64,000 bases of DNA from an uncultured delta proteobacterium. GTDB taxonomy: Bacteria; Desulfobacterota; WTBG01. Positions 1-9,594 of this stretch are shown here, piece after piece. Each line of letters begins with the position of its first letter. The stretch's first letter is position 1. The notes beneath the pieces are model-generated. The model was not told where the DNA came from and did no database searches. It worked only from the letters and a program-made list of their open reading frames with translations. The DNA is taken from assembly GCA_963793865.1 (NCBI GenBank), contig CAWCBP010000001.1, positions 1 through 64,000 of the forward strand, read 5' to 3'. The position numbers were made by a program, and so were the translations under genes.

Positions 1-167
1 TATTCATTGCAGGCCATGCAGGTAATACACTGCTTAAGAATCATGGCATTCTCACTGCGTTTAAGCGACTGTATCTCCCGGATTGCTGCATCCCGGGAAA
101 AATCAGCGAACAGGCACTGCACAAAACAGTCACCGCAGTCGTTGCAGCGGTCTTCTTTGAACATCAT
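1..167 (-). CDS. (Fe-S)-binding protein, HdrD/GlpC-like N-terminus (runs off the window edge; absent from the ORF track)
   Basis: Manual translation MMFKEDRCNDCGDCFVQC...KQCITCMACNEY shows two CxxCxxC ferredoxin motifs; starts 17 nt after the stop of the upstream minus-strand gene. Confidence 0.75.
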   Translation of the reverse strand, partial: MMFKEDRCNDCGDCFVQCLFADFSRDAAIREIQSLKRSENAMILKQCITCMACNE

Positions 168-183
168 GTGCTCCGCATCAGCA

Positions 184-804
184 TTATCTTGAAGCTGTCG
201 GCTTGAAGGCGGGGAAAATGTTATACAGGTCTTCCAGAACCCGGAGCGTTTCCTGTTTCAGATCGTTTTCCGTCTTGTCCCTGGTCATAACTTCCGCATA
301 GCCCCTGATGTGTGCTCCCCGTTCCTTCAGGCTGTTTCTGACGGTGTTTTCATCCTTCTCCGAATAGTTACCCTGATTGGTTACCAGCACAAAGACGTCT
401 TTTCCCCGAAGGTCCAGCGATTTTAAAAGAGTGCGCAGCGGGGTCGCAAAACGGTGTATCCATATGGGGCCCGCGATGATCACCGGATTATACGCGGTTA
501 CATCGTGGTAAAGCGGGACGACGTCATCATCCCAGTCAAGCAGCTGATCGAACACGCAATTTACCGTCCAGAGCCCGTGCCGGTTTTCATTGGAGATGAT
601 TTCCTCTATTTCACATTTGAGGTTTTGAGCCATTACACGGGCAACGGTACGCGTCGTCCCCAAGCGTGAATAATAGATGACGAGCGGTTTCCCGGGAGAA
701 GAATCAGCTGCGGGGGGGCTGATGCCTTGGGAAGAGATGCTGACGGATCCGGCCAGCAGCATAAGCAACAGAAGTGAAAGCGAGCGCGATTTCAGTTTGT
801 TCAT
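184..804 (-). CDS. Flavodoxin-like protein with N-terminal signal peptide/TM segment
   Basis: VIYYSRLGTTR FMN phosphate loop and GPIW motif; hydrophobic N-terminus LSLLLLMLLAG; start at MNKLK is inferred. Confidence 0.75.
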   Translation of the reverse strand: MNKLKSRSLSLLLLMLLAGSVSISSQGISPPAADSSPGKPLVIYYSRLGTTRTVARVMAQNLKCEIEEIISNENRHGLWTVNCVFDQLLDWDDDVVPLYHDVTAYNPVIIAGPIWIHRFATPLRTLLKSLDLRGKDVFVLVTNQGNYSEKDENTVRNSLKERGAHIRGYAEVMTRDKTENDLKQETLRVLEDLYNIFPAFKPTASR

Positions 805-966
805 TCTCATAAGCATGTACCGGCATGTGATCGTCACATATTGAAAGGTTGTTCTGGTTTTTTTTGTTATAGTCATTACCCCAAAGACGCATATCTCGCT
901 GTGTCTTGATGAAAAGTTTTTGTTCGCAGGTATTGCAAAAAAAGCAATCCATCAAAGATCGTTTCT

Positions 967-1096
967 TTAGATTTCTACAGGTTCACATCCGAGAATTCTT
1001 CTCTCAGAAATATGGATGACCGGTAGGAGCGGCTTTCAGCCGCGAATGTATCGCGCCTGAAGGCGCTCCTACCGAAATTTCAAATCTGTTTGGCTG
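967..1096. repeat. Composite REP-containing repeat, copy 1 (about 130 bp; core GTAGGAGCGGCTTTCAGCCGCGA...TCGCGCCTGAAGGCGCTCCTAC at 1023-1072)
   Basis: Highly similar to 21670-21800; GTAG...CTAC palindromic REP pair. Confidence 0.8.
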
Positions 1097-1111
1097 GCAT
1101 TTAAATATATC

Positions 1112-1157
1112 TTGACAATGGTGTCAATAAAAGTTAATTATTGGCATATGCCAATAA
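1112..1157 (+). promoter_or_regulatory. Promoter/operator of the DUF134 operon: TTGACA-N4-TGTCAA (1112-1127) and perfect 20-bp palindrome TTATTGGCATATGCCAATAA (1138-1157)
   Basis: Palindromes read directly; the second ends 12 nt before the ATG at 1170. Confidence 0.6.
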
Positions 1158-1169
1158 ACAGGGAAGAAG

Positions 1170-1577
1170 ATGTCAAGACCGTTTAAATGCCGGCATATCG
1201 GCTGCGAGCCGGGAATCAATTATTTCAAGCCGCGTGGTATTCCGCTCTGCGCCCTGCAGGAAGTTGTCATGACGGTGGATGAATTCGAGGCCATACGGCT
1301 TGCGGATTTGGAGGGATTCTACCAGGAGGATGCGGCGAAAAAGATGAAGATATCCCGGCAGACCTTCGGCAATATCATCAAGTCTTCCCATGGAAAGCTG
1401 GCTGATGCGCTGATCAATGGTAAGGCGATAAAAATAGGAGGAGGGGTGTATACCGGGACAGAAAAGAGGGCTTTTATGTGTGAAGCATGTGCCCATGAAT
1501 GGCACGTGGGTTACGGTGCGGGCGGGCCTGTAGAATGCCCGAAGTGCAAGAACAATAATATCCATAGAACAAAATAA
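1170..1577 (+). CDS. DUF134 (UPF0251) HTH protein with C-terminal Zn ribbon
   Basis: MSRP..CR start, FKPRGIP, EFEAIRLAD, QEDAAKKMKISRQTF; C-terminal CxxC...CPKC. Confidence 0.9.
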   Translation: MSRPFKCRHIGCEPGINYFKPRGIPLCALQEVVMTVDEFEAIRLADLEGFYQEDAAKKMKISRQTFGNIIKSSHGKLADALINGKAIKIGGGVYTGTEKRAFMCEACAHEWHVGYGAGGPVECPKCKNNNIHRTK

Positions 1578-1636
1578 CGTTACACTTTTCGCGGGGAGGA
1601 AACTTTACTATGGCAAACAATCAGGGTAAGAACGGT

Positions 1637-2002
1637 ATGAAAATATGCATTCCGACAGAGACCGGCGATGGAACGTCAGCCCAGGTATACGGGCATTTCG
1701 GCAGCGCGCCCTATTTCACCATCTGCGACATTGAAGATGGAACCATGGAAATAATTGATAACACCAACCAGCATCACGAGCATGGCATGTGCCAGCCGGT
1801 TCGGGCCCTGGCAGGAAGAGTGGTGCATGCGGTCGTTTGCGGCGGCATGGGCGCTCGCGCCGTGATGATGCTTAACGAGAGCGGGATTAAAACCTACCGG
1901 GCTGTTACCGGCAGTGTGGAGGAGGTATTAAAACGATACAAGACGGGAGCGCTGGAGGAGATAACCGTGGAAAATTCGTGTGCCAGTCACGGATGCCACT
2001 GA
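1637..2002 (+). CDS. NifB/NifX-family (FeMo-cofactor-binding domain) protein
   Basis: MKICIP, HFGSAPYF, GGMGARA motifs; usual neighbour of DUF134. Confidence 0.88.
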   Translation: MKICIPTETGDGTSAQVYGHFGSAPYFTICDIEDGTMEIIDNTNQHHEHGMCQPVRALAGRVVHAVVCGGMGARAVMMLNESGIKTYRAVTGSVEEVLKRYKTGALEEITVENSCASHGCH

Positions 2003-2053
2003 AGGCGGTACCGTAATCTCTTGTATTTGACAAATCACCCGGGTCATATCTGC

Positions 2054-2087
2054 AAGGGGAGCAGCCGTTTTGCTGTTCCCCTTTTTT
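2054..2087 (+). terminator. Intrinsic terminator
   Basis: GGGGAGCAGC/GCTGTTCCCC stem followed by a T-run. Confidence 0.7.
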
Positions 2088-2169
2088 GCAAGCTTATTGA
2101 CGGGAAGCTCATAATAAACTATGCTCTTCCTGAACGCTTATCTTACCATTTCCTTCACGGAGGCTGCTG

Positions 2170-2718
2170 ATGAACGCGATTATCATCTACTGGTCAAAAT
2201 CCGGCAATACGGAGAAAGTAGCTCTGGCGATGGAGGAAGGCTTCAGGAATGCCGGGGCGAGTGTTACGTGCAAGCGGGTGGAAGAGGTTGGGGAGGTAGA
2301 CTTTTATGCCTTCGATCTGGTGTGCATTGGCTTTCCGTCCTACCAGTGGCGGGTGCCCAAGCCCATGGACGACTTCATCAAAAGCAAATTCAACGCCTAC
2401 CGCAACCAGGGGTGTGTGAAGGAAGGCGCCCCGAAGCTGCCGGGTAAAAATGCGCTGATCTTTTGCACTTACTCCGGCCCTCACACCGGCATACGCGAAG
2501 CCATACCGCCGGTGCTCTACGCCGGGCAGTTCTTCGAGCACCTGGGCTTTACCATTGCGGGGGAGTGGTACGTGGTAGGCGAGTTCCACGGATCGCTTGA
2601 GGCAAGCACCAAGGGCTGCCTGGGAGACATCCGCGGCCGGCCCAACCGGGAGGACCTGCTCAAAGTTAGAAACGATGCGATTCAGATGGTGAGTCAGCTC
2701 GAGAAGCAACAGCTTTAA
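2170..2718 (+). CDS. Flavodoxin domain protein
   Basis: IIYWSKSGNTEKVA and GFPSY motifs; GGAGG RBS. Confidence 0.85.
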   Translation: MNAIIIYWSKSGNTEKVALAMEEGFRNAGASVTCKRVEEVGEVDFYAFDLVCIGFPSYQWRVPKPMDDFIKSKFNAYRNQGCVKEGAPKLPGKNALIFCTYSGPHTGIREAIPPVLYAGQFFEHLGFTIAGEWYVVGEFHGSLEASTKGCLGDIRGRPNREDLLKVRNDAIQMVSQLEKQQL

Positions 2719-2734
2719 CCGCAGGCAGCCGGCT

Positions 2735-3142
2735 TTATTTCGGGCCGGGCAGCCGGGATGCCACATCCGAGTGCCGTTCTTCCAGCCGTTTCAGCGCTTC
2801 CTCTCCGCTGAGGCCCTGCTGCGTGAGCTTTGCCAGCTCTCTCGCCAGCACCGCTTTCAGCATGGCGCTGTTGTCGCGGTTGGAGTCCCGGATAAGCTCA
2901 AGATACTTCATGTCCACCGGCAGGCCTTTCTCCCGGTAGTGATCAAGCATGCTGTCCAGGTTTCCCCACGTTGCCTCGCTGTAACACACGTCATAGGCGA
3001 GCCTGAACATGCCCTCCAGTCTGTCCTTGCTGTAATCGGAAAAGTTGTCCTTTACCTCCTGATATAAATCGCTTCTGAATTCCTCAAGGCTGTAATCAAC
3101 CTCACCCTTCGCCACCTGGTCGGATGTAAAGGTCCATTGCAT
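2735..3142 (-). CDS. Hypothetical protein, probably co-transcribed with the ferrochelatase-fold gene
   Basis: 135-aa ORF with AGGAGAGG RBS, 15 nt after the stop at 3158. Confidence 0.7.
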   Translation of the reverse strand: MQWTFTSDQVAKGEVDYSLEEFRSDLYQEVKDNFSDYSKDRLEGMFRLAYDVCYSEATWGNLDSMLDHYREKGLPVDMKYLELIRDSNRDNSAMLKAVLARELAKLTQQGLSGEEALKRLEERHSDVASRLPGPK

Positions 3143-3157
3143 GCGGCACCTCTCCTT

Positions 3158-4609
3158 TTAACTTTTTTTCCGGGCCATGACGGAATCGATCGCCCGGTAA
3201 AACGCATCCACAACGTAGGGCTGGTATTTGCCCACGGGAACGCCATTGTAAATGACCCGTGTCTTTTCCTGCTGAAACTCCATGGTAAAGGGCACTGACC
3301 AGTCGGGATAATCAAACGGGTCATAGAGATGATAATCGTTAAACCCCTCGTAATTTTTGAGGGCATGATAGAAGAGTGAGTCCGTGTTTTCCGCGAAAAA
3401 TTCTATGGGAAGGCCGATGGCGTAGTCATAGCCGTCATGTATGGCATTCCAGTAGGCCTCGTTGGTCGAAAGATACTTGTCATCCGGGTCCCAGATGGGG
3501 TCGGCAAATTCATCCTGACAGAGGATTACCTGTTTGCGGTTGAACTTATAGGGTTCAACCATTTTTTTTACCTCTTCCATCAGGGTATCGCGGTAGCCCG
3601 GCGCCAGTTCGAGCCATGCCTCCCAGGGGAAGTTGTCCCAGGGCATGCCGTGCACGGTAACGGCGACAGTCACGTCTGATGATTCAGGTATGGTATCCAG
3701 CCTGTCCTTGAGCATTGCCAGGTATGCCTGCCGCATCGGCTCAAACTGCCCCATGGGGGGTGCCATGATTACCTTGATCTTCTTGCCGGGGTGGCCCTGC
3801 TCCCACTCATGAATGTACTCGAAGCTGTGATAAAAACTGGAATTGAATTCCTCAAAATGGGAGTAGACGGCCATGGGTGCAGCCAGGACTATGGTATCAC
3901 AACCGGCGTCAAGCAGGCGGTGAAGCTTTTCCTTCATCTCGTAATAGAAGAGGCTGCTTGAAGATTCCCAGGGAAGGGCGCCGTACTTTTCCTCAATCCG
4001 GGCGAGGGCGGCATTGATGACCTGGAAGCTGCCCTCCCAGTGGGGAAGCCGCTTCTGCTTTATCCCTTTATCATAGTACCAGATCCTCGATTTATTAATA
4101 GACTTGCCGGTGAGGCTGGGGATCCCCCCCTTATGCCCTTTGTATAAAAAGTATCCGCAGTCCCGGTGTATCATCCGCGAGGGCGGTACCCAAACCACCT
4201 CCCCCCGCTTGTATTTTTCCATGTAGGGTTCGCCATCCATGTAGCGGTCCTTCCCATAGGGATCCTCCAGCGCCGTCGGGGTGAACTCCTCGAATTCGTA
4301 GAACCGGACGGGATCAACCAGTGCGATGCCCTTATCCTGCTCGGAAAAAATGCGGAATGGCCAGGGGATGATCGTCCGGAAAATCTTTTTGGTGATGTTA
4401 AACCAGAATATGTCATCATGCTTGGGAGGCATGATCAGGGCCGTCACAAAAATACCCACTTTTCCCACCGGAACCGTATTCTGGGATTTATACACTTCAT
4501 AATAATCAGGCGTGATGCGCCTGTTCTTGTATTTGTAGAGACCGTAGACGCCGGCGACAATGACCGCAAAAATCAGAACCAATACACCCAGCAGTTTTAA
4601 CAGCTTCAT
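3158..4609 (-). CDS. Membrane-anchored ferrochelatase (class II chelatase)-fold protein
   Basis: N-terminal TM; LLDAGCDTIVLAAPMAVYS, VTVHGMP and LPIEFFAENTDSL parallel the HemH motifs LPLYPQYS, FSAHGLP and VPIGFVSDHLETL. Confidence 0.6.
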   Translation of the reverse strand: MKLLKLLGVLVLIFAVIVAGVYGLYKYKNRRITPDYYEVYKSQNTVPVGKVGIFVTALIMPPKHDDIFWFNITKKIFRTIIPWPFRIFSEQDKGIALVDPVRFYEFEEFTPTALEDPYGKDRYMDGEPYMEKYKRGEVVWVPPSRMIHRDCGYFLYKGHKGGIPSLTGKSINKSRIWYYDKGIKQKRLPHWEGSFQVINAALARIEEKYGALPWESSSSLFYYEMKEKLHRLLDAGCDTIVLAAPMAVYSHFEEFNSSFYHSFEYIHEWEQGHPGKKIKVIMAPPMGQFEPMRQAYLAMLKDRLDTIPESSDVTVAVTVHGMPWDNFPWEAWLELAPGYRDTLMEEVKKMVEPYKFNRKQVILCQDEFADPIWDPDDKYLSTNEAYWNAIHDGYDYAIGLPIEFFAENTDSLFYHALKNYEGFNDYHLYDPFDYPDWSVPFTMEFQQEKTRVIYNGVPVGKYQPYVVDAFYRAIDSVMARKKS

Positions 4610-4775
4610 CCAGGTAATCTCCTTCTATCGGGTTGTGCAACACAAACCTTCCGGCCCAGCCTGGCAGGTATTGCACATTACCTGCCAGACTGCGAGGTGT
4701 GGGGGCGATTATAGGGAAAATGGTTGCGTGTGTCAAACACAATAGCCGGAATTTTCATTCCATGGTTAAGGTAAT

Positions 4776-4805
4776 AAAAAAAGCGGAGCCGGTACCGGCT
4801 CCGCT
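4776..4805 (-). terminator. Intrinsic terminator after the flavodoxin gene
   Basis: GCGGAGCCGGTACCGGCTCCGC palindrome with A7 on the left (U-tract on the minus strand). Confidence 0.75.
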
Positions 4806-4841
4806 CGATTCATGTGCGGGGTAAACAAAAGTCTCTATCCC

Positions 4842-5506
4842 TTACTCGATAAGAGCATATATGTCTTCAGTCCACTGGGTGACTTTATCGAAATTACGGT
4901 AATCGCCTTCAGGGAGCAATTTGCCGAACAGAACCCTCATCAGGAACTCATCAAGAGGTTCAAGCACACTGTAGTCCACCACACCAGCGAATAATCCCGC
5001 GCTCCCGACAGGAACAACCTGCGGAAACTTTTCAAGCACTTTATCACATAGTACTGCTGTGCTATGTCACGGTTTTCAGCGGTGTCCTCATGAAGCAGAC
5101 CGCAGACGATAAACACCGCCACCTGCTTGGTTGCTAAGACAGCCTGCTGTGTCCTCAGGAAACGCAGCATGGCCGGGCGCCAAGATTCACTTATGATGGC
5201 GGAGCCCAGGATGATTGCATCGTATTCTGAAATGTCATCTATCCTCTCCACAAGGGTCATGTCAACCTGTGCCCCGGAGGCGCACAGGACGTCCTGAATC
5301 CGGCCGGCAATGGTCCTGGTAGCCCCGTATTTGGTGTCATAGACAACTAAAACACGCTTGCCCTGCAGGTTTCCTTCCCCGCAGGTTTCCTCGATGCATA
5401 CTCCGGATATGGTCTTGTAGGCGCTGCCCGTTGCGGGAACAAGCAGCAGGATGAGAAAGACGGCGGTAAACGCTGCGGCCCAGGATTTAAAAAAATGTTT
5501 TGTCAT
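4842..5506 (-). CDS. HemG-like (Flavodoxin_5) protein with signal peptide; frameshift near 5045
   Basis: VVYDTKYGATRTIA, YDAIILGSAI; restoring one base joins ORFs 4940-5506 and 4842-5039 (..YYVDKVLEKFP..GDYRNFDKV..W). Confidence 0.75.
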
Positions 5507-5644
5507 GTAAGCCTCCTTGTTGAGATAGAATGTGTAATTAATTCATTGTTTTTCTGGCGATGATTTTATAGACTGATGGTATCGTTGTCAAGGTGTTTAT
5601 CCTGCCGGATCAAACCGGCTTGCCGAAACATGGACTCGCGCCAC

Positions 5645-6001
5645 ATGAAGCGATTAAAATGCACGCTGCTTTCGGTAACAGGATACATTCTTTCTCCGCT
5701 TTCTTTTTGGAATGATCTCTTTGTCAATTTTCCCATTGCCTATCTGTTTGGACTATTGTGCGGTTTCATTGCCCAGGATCTTTTTCTTCCGGGACTGATA
5801 GGGGGGTACTGGCTCAGTAACGCAGCGGGGATTGTGCTGCTACACAAGGGTATCGTCTGTATGATCAACCCTGATCATCCCATGAAGGTTACCAAAAGTG
5901 AACTTATAAAAAGCGGATTATGGACACTTGCGTACACCGTTATGCTGATTCTTCTGGTCAAAGCCGGCATTTTAAAATTCCTTCCCGATTATTTCAACTA
6001 A
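5645..6001 (+). CDS. Small hypothetical membrane protein
   Basis: GYILSPLSFWNDLFVNFPIAY plus several hydrophobic segments. Confidence 0.7.
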   Translation: MKRLKCTLLSVTGYILSPLSFWNDLFVNFPIAYLFGLLCGFIAQDLFLPGLIGGYWLSNAAGIVLLHKGIVCMINPDHPMKVTKSELIKSGLWTLAYTVMLILLVKAGILKFLPDYFN

Positions 6002-6031
6002 TCATAAGTCTCTACGGGTCTATGTGAACAT

Positions 6032-7933
6032 ATGCGCATGATTACAAATCCGACATTGTATAAAAAGCTTCTGTTCTGGTTTGTATTGGCCATCGTAGTG
6101 CCATTGGTAATTTTTGGTTATATAAATTTTAAGAATTATGTGCGCATATTGGAAAGGGAAGTTACTGATAAACTTATCGTTATTGCAGACAGCAAAATAT
6201 TGGAAATTGAACACTATCTTCAGGATGTGGAAAAAAATGTTTATGCAATTGCGAACATGCCTTTTGTTATAAGTGCGTTAAACAAATTTCCCGAGTATTC
6301 CGCCAAAGGAGTGGATGCACCGGAATATAATGCCCTGGATAAGGAACTGAGAACGCATTTAATGAACTACCAGAAATTATTCAAGTTTAAAGATCTGATT
6401 CTCATATCTTTAAACGGGGATATTGTTTTCTCTCTATCCAATGAGGCTGATTGCGGAGTCAATTTGATAACGGGGCCCTATAAAAACTCGGAACTGGCTG
6501 AGATCTTCAAGGGCACTCTTCGAACTCCGAGAACAATAATATCTGATTTTAAGTTCAGAAAGTATCCTCCCTCCCGGGAACCATCCATTTTAATGGTTAC
6601 ACCTGTTTTTGGTAATCAAGACATTATCGGAGCTGTTGCATTCAAGATTGATACACAGGCAATCTATAAACTCACCTCCAACTATGAGGCCTTGGGAAAC
6701 ACGGGTGAAATATTATTATGCTTAAAAAGCGGCAATGAGCTGATTTTTGCAAATCCGCTTAGACATGATGCTCAGGCTGCTTTTAAAAAGAGAATAGCTG
6801 TGGGATCACCGCTTGCACTGCCTGCGCAGCAAGCTCTCCAGGGAATAAACGGTTTTGGTGAATCTACCGATTACCGGGGGATCAAGGTTTTAGCTGTCTG
6901 GAGATATCTTTCCGCTCCGCGCTGGGGGATGGTGGTAAAAATTGACATTCAGGAAGCCTATGCACCGGTTCTTACCGTCAGAAACTGGTCATTGTTTGTC
7001 GGTGTTCTTGTAACCGCCATGGGCATGCTGGCAGCTCTATTCGTTTCCAAATCAATTTCCCGTCCCATTCAAATGTTACAAAGAGGTGTGGAGATCGTTG
7101 GAAGCGGTAACCTTGATTATCAGGTAGGCATTTCTTCCGAAGACGAAATAGGCCGGCTGTCCCGCGCGTTTGATGCCATGACGGAAAATCTGAAAAACAT
7201 TACAGCATCACGCGATGAATTGAATCAAATAGCGCGTGAACTCGAGCGTTCAAATCAGGAGCTTCAGCAGTTTGCCTATGTTGCTTCGCATGACTTGCAG
7301 GAACCCCTGCGCATGGTGGCAGGCTTTACCAGGCTCCTGGAAAGGCGCTATAAAGACAAGCTCGACCAGGATGCCCGGGAATTCATCAATTTTGCAGTGG
7401 ATGGGGCGGTGCGCATGCAGAAGCTTATTGATGACCTGCTGACTTATTCGCGCGTGGGAGCGCCACATATCCCCTTTGAACCAGTTGATTGCAACCGCCT
7501 GCTTAACCAGGCAATTACCAACCTGCGGGTTGCTATTGAAGAAAACCAGGCGCTTATAACCAGCAGCGACCTGCCGACCGTAACCTGCAATGGTTCGCAG
7601 ATGATACAATTATTTCAAAACCTGATAAGTAACGCCATCAAATTTCGCGGCGCCGAAACACCCAGGATACGCATCGCAGCTGAACACAGGGATGGTGAAT
7701 GGCTCTTTTCATTCCGGGATAACGGCATTGGCATTGATCCTCAATATAAAGACAGGATATTTCAAATATTTCAGCGTTTGCACAGCCGGGATGAATATGA
7801 CGGTACGGGAATAGGACTGGCGCTGTGCATGAAAATCGTGGAGCTGCATAAAGGCAAAATATGGATGGAAAGCGAAGAGGGAAAGGGCGCGACCTTTTAC
7901 TTTACGCTGCCGGACAGGGAGAAAACGGTATGA
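6032..7933 (+). CDS. Sensor histidine kinase (Cache-HAMP-HisKA-HATPase)
   Basis: Two TM segments, HAMP DEIGRLSRAFDAM, H-box YVASHDLQEPLR, N/G boxes NLISNAIKF, DNGIG, GTGIGL. Confidence 0.93.
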   Translation: MRMITNPTLYKKLLFWFVLAIVVPLVIFGYINFKNYVRILEREVTDKLIVIADSKILEIEHYLQDVEKNVYAIANMPFVISALNKFPEYSAKGVDAPEYNALDKELRTHLMNYQKLFKFKDLILISLNGDIVFSLSNEADCGVNLITGPYKNSELAEIFKGTLRTPRTIISDFKFRKYPPSREPSILMVTPVFGNQDIIGAVAFKIDTQAIYKLTSNYEALGNTGEILLCLKSGNELIFANPLRHDAQAAFKKRIAVGSPLALPAQQALQGINGFGESTDYRGIKVLAVWRYLSAPRWGMVVKIDIQEAYAPVLTVRNWSLFVGVLVTAMGMLAALFVSKSISRPIQMLQRGVEIVGSGNLDYQVGISSEDEIGRLSRAFDAMTENLKNITASRDELNQIARELERSNQELQQFAYVASHDLQEPLRMVAGFTRLLERRYKDKLDQDAREFINFAVDGAVRMQKLIDDLLTYSRVGAPHIPFEPVDCNRLLNQAITNLRVAIEENQALITSSDLPTVTCNGSQMIQLFQNLISNAIKFRGAETPRIRIAAEHRDGEWLFSFRDNGIGIDPQYKDRIFQIFQRLHSRDEYDGTGIGLALCMKIVELHKGKIWMESEEGKGATFYFTLPDREKTV

Positions 7934-9433
7934 ACAATGCGGGCATCGGACAGCCTGTCAAGATTTTACTGGTTGAAGACAATCCCGCAGATTCCCGATT
8001 AATATGTGAGATGCTGAATGAATCTAAAACAGTGAAGTTCGAACTGACTCACAAGGAACGTCTCGAAAAAGCCCTGACCTGTCTCGATACATCTTCATAT
8101 GACGCGGTATTGCTCGATCTTACCTTGCCCGACAGTCAGGGGCTGGAGACGGTCATGCGGGCGATCACGGCGGCGCCGAATCTGCCGGTGATTGTTCTGA
8201 CCGGGTTCGAAGATGAATTTACCGGCGCAAAAGCGGTGGAAATGGGTGCGCAGGATTACCTGGTCAAGGGGCATATTAACCACTATGCATTAATCCGTGC
8301 AATACAGTATGCCTGCCAGCGGAAGCGGTTTGCGGAAATGAATCAGGCAAACGCGCTCCTCAGACAGGAAATAAGAGAGCGAGAGCAGGCCGCGGCATTG
8401 GTGAAGAAAGAGCGGAAGCGACTCTTTGACGTGCTGGAAATGTTGCCGGCTGTATGTGATACTTTTAACCACGGAATACCGCGTCGCCTTTGCCAACCGC
8501 TTTTTCCGGGAGCGGTTCGGCAATGACCACGGCCGGCGCTGCTTTGAGTATTTGTTCCGCAGAACCGAGCCCTGCGAGATTTGCGAAACATTCAGAGTTC
8601 TGGAAACCCATGCGCCCCATCAATGGGAGTGGAACGGGCCTGATGGCCGCGATTACGATATCTATGATTTCCCGTTTACTGATGCCGACGGCTCGCAGCT
8701 CATCATGGAGATGGGAATAGATATTACGGAGCGCAACCGGGCAGAGGGAGCGTTAAAAATGTCGGAACAGCAGCTGAAATCGCTCTCCACCCAACTCATT
8801 ATTTCTCAGGAAACGGAAAGAAAAAGAGTCGCACAGGAGCTGCATGACAGCATCGGGCAAACCATGTCCGCCCTGAAATTTGCCGTGGAGTGCAGCCTTA
8901 ACCAAGCGGATAAAACAAGAGGGAAAAACTATATTAAATCTCTTCAGGATCTCATTCCGAGGATTCAAAGCGCCATTGAGGAAGTGGACAGAATCGGGAA
9001 AGGGTTACATCCCTCAGTTTTGGATGACCTGGGTATCATGGCCACCGTTTCCTGGTTTTGCCGCGAATTTCAATCGGTTTATTCCGGTATCCGGATCAAA
9101 AAAGAACTTGCGCTCACAGAGGATGATGTGCCGGAACATCTAAAGGCGGTTATCTACCGCATATTGCAGGAAGGCCTCAACAATGTGGCAAAACACAGTC
9201 ACGCGGATCTTGTGTACATTAACCTTGAGAAAAAGAACCATATCCTGGCATTAACGGTAAAGGATAACGGCAGGGGGTTCAAGGTGGATACTGCTTTATT
9301 GCCTGAAAATCAGAAGAGAGGATTCGGGCTGTTCAGCATGATGAAGCGCGCTGAAATATCAGGCGGGTCTCTGGTTATTACCTCTGATAATGAAACAGGA
9401 ACTATAATAAGGGCCTCATGGCCGTGTGACTAG
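7930..9433 (+). CDS. Receiver-PAS-HisKA_3 histidine kinase; frameshift at about 8452
   Basis: ILLVEDN..LLDLTLPD receiver; RVAQELHDSIGQ H-box, EGLNNVAKH, DNGRGF; removing one G at 8452 joins the two ORFs. Confidence 0.85.
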
Positions 9434-9584
9434 CAGGCTGTTGAAAAACACCCATCTGCTACGTTACGCTCATCCTTCGTCATTGCAGCGTACTCGCAGG
9501 TACGCCTCATTCCTCAGGATTTCGCGTGCCTTGCATCTGGATGTTTTTGAACAGCCTGAGGAAAACTACTTTTTCAACAACCCG
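9434..9584. mobile_element. IS5-like MITE (non-autonomous), copy 1, flanked by CTAG direct repeats
   Basis: TIR CAGGCTGTTGAAAAA...TTTTTCAACAACCCG; CTAG at 9430-9433 and 9585-9588; related copies at 21572 and 29694. Confidence 0.7.
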
Positions 9585-9594
9585 CTAGTCACCC

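Noticed and set aside
1637..2002. Nitrogen fixation locus
   Set aside because: NifX-like domains with DUF134 are common in non-diazotrophs; no nifHDK here
6032..7933. Phytochrome as bilin acceptor
   Set aside because: Kinase core resembles phytochrome-type HKs, but the sensor is a TM-flanked Cache/HAMP region with no PAS-GAF-PHY
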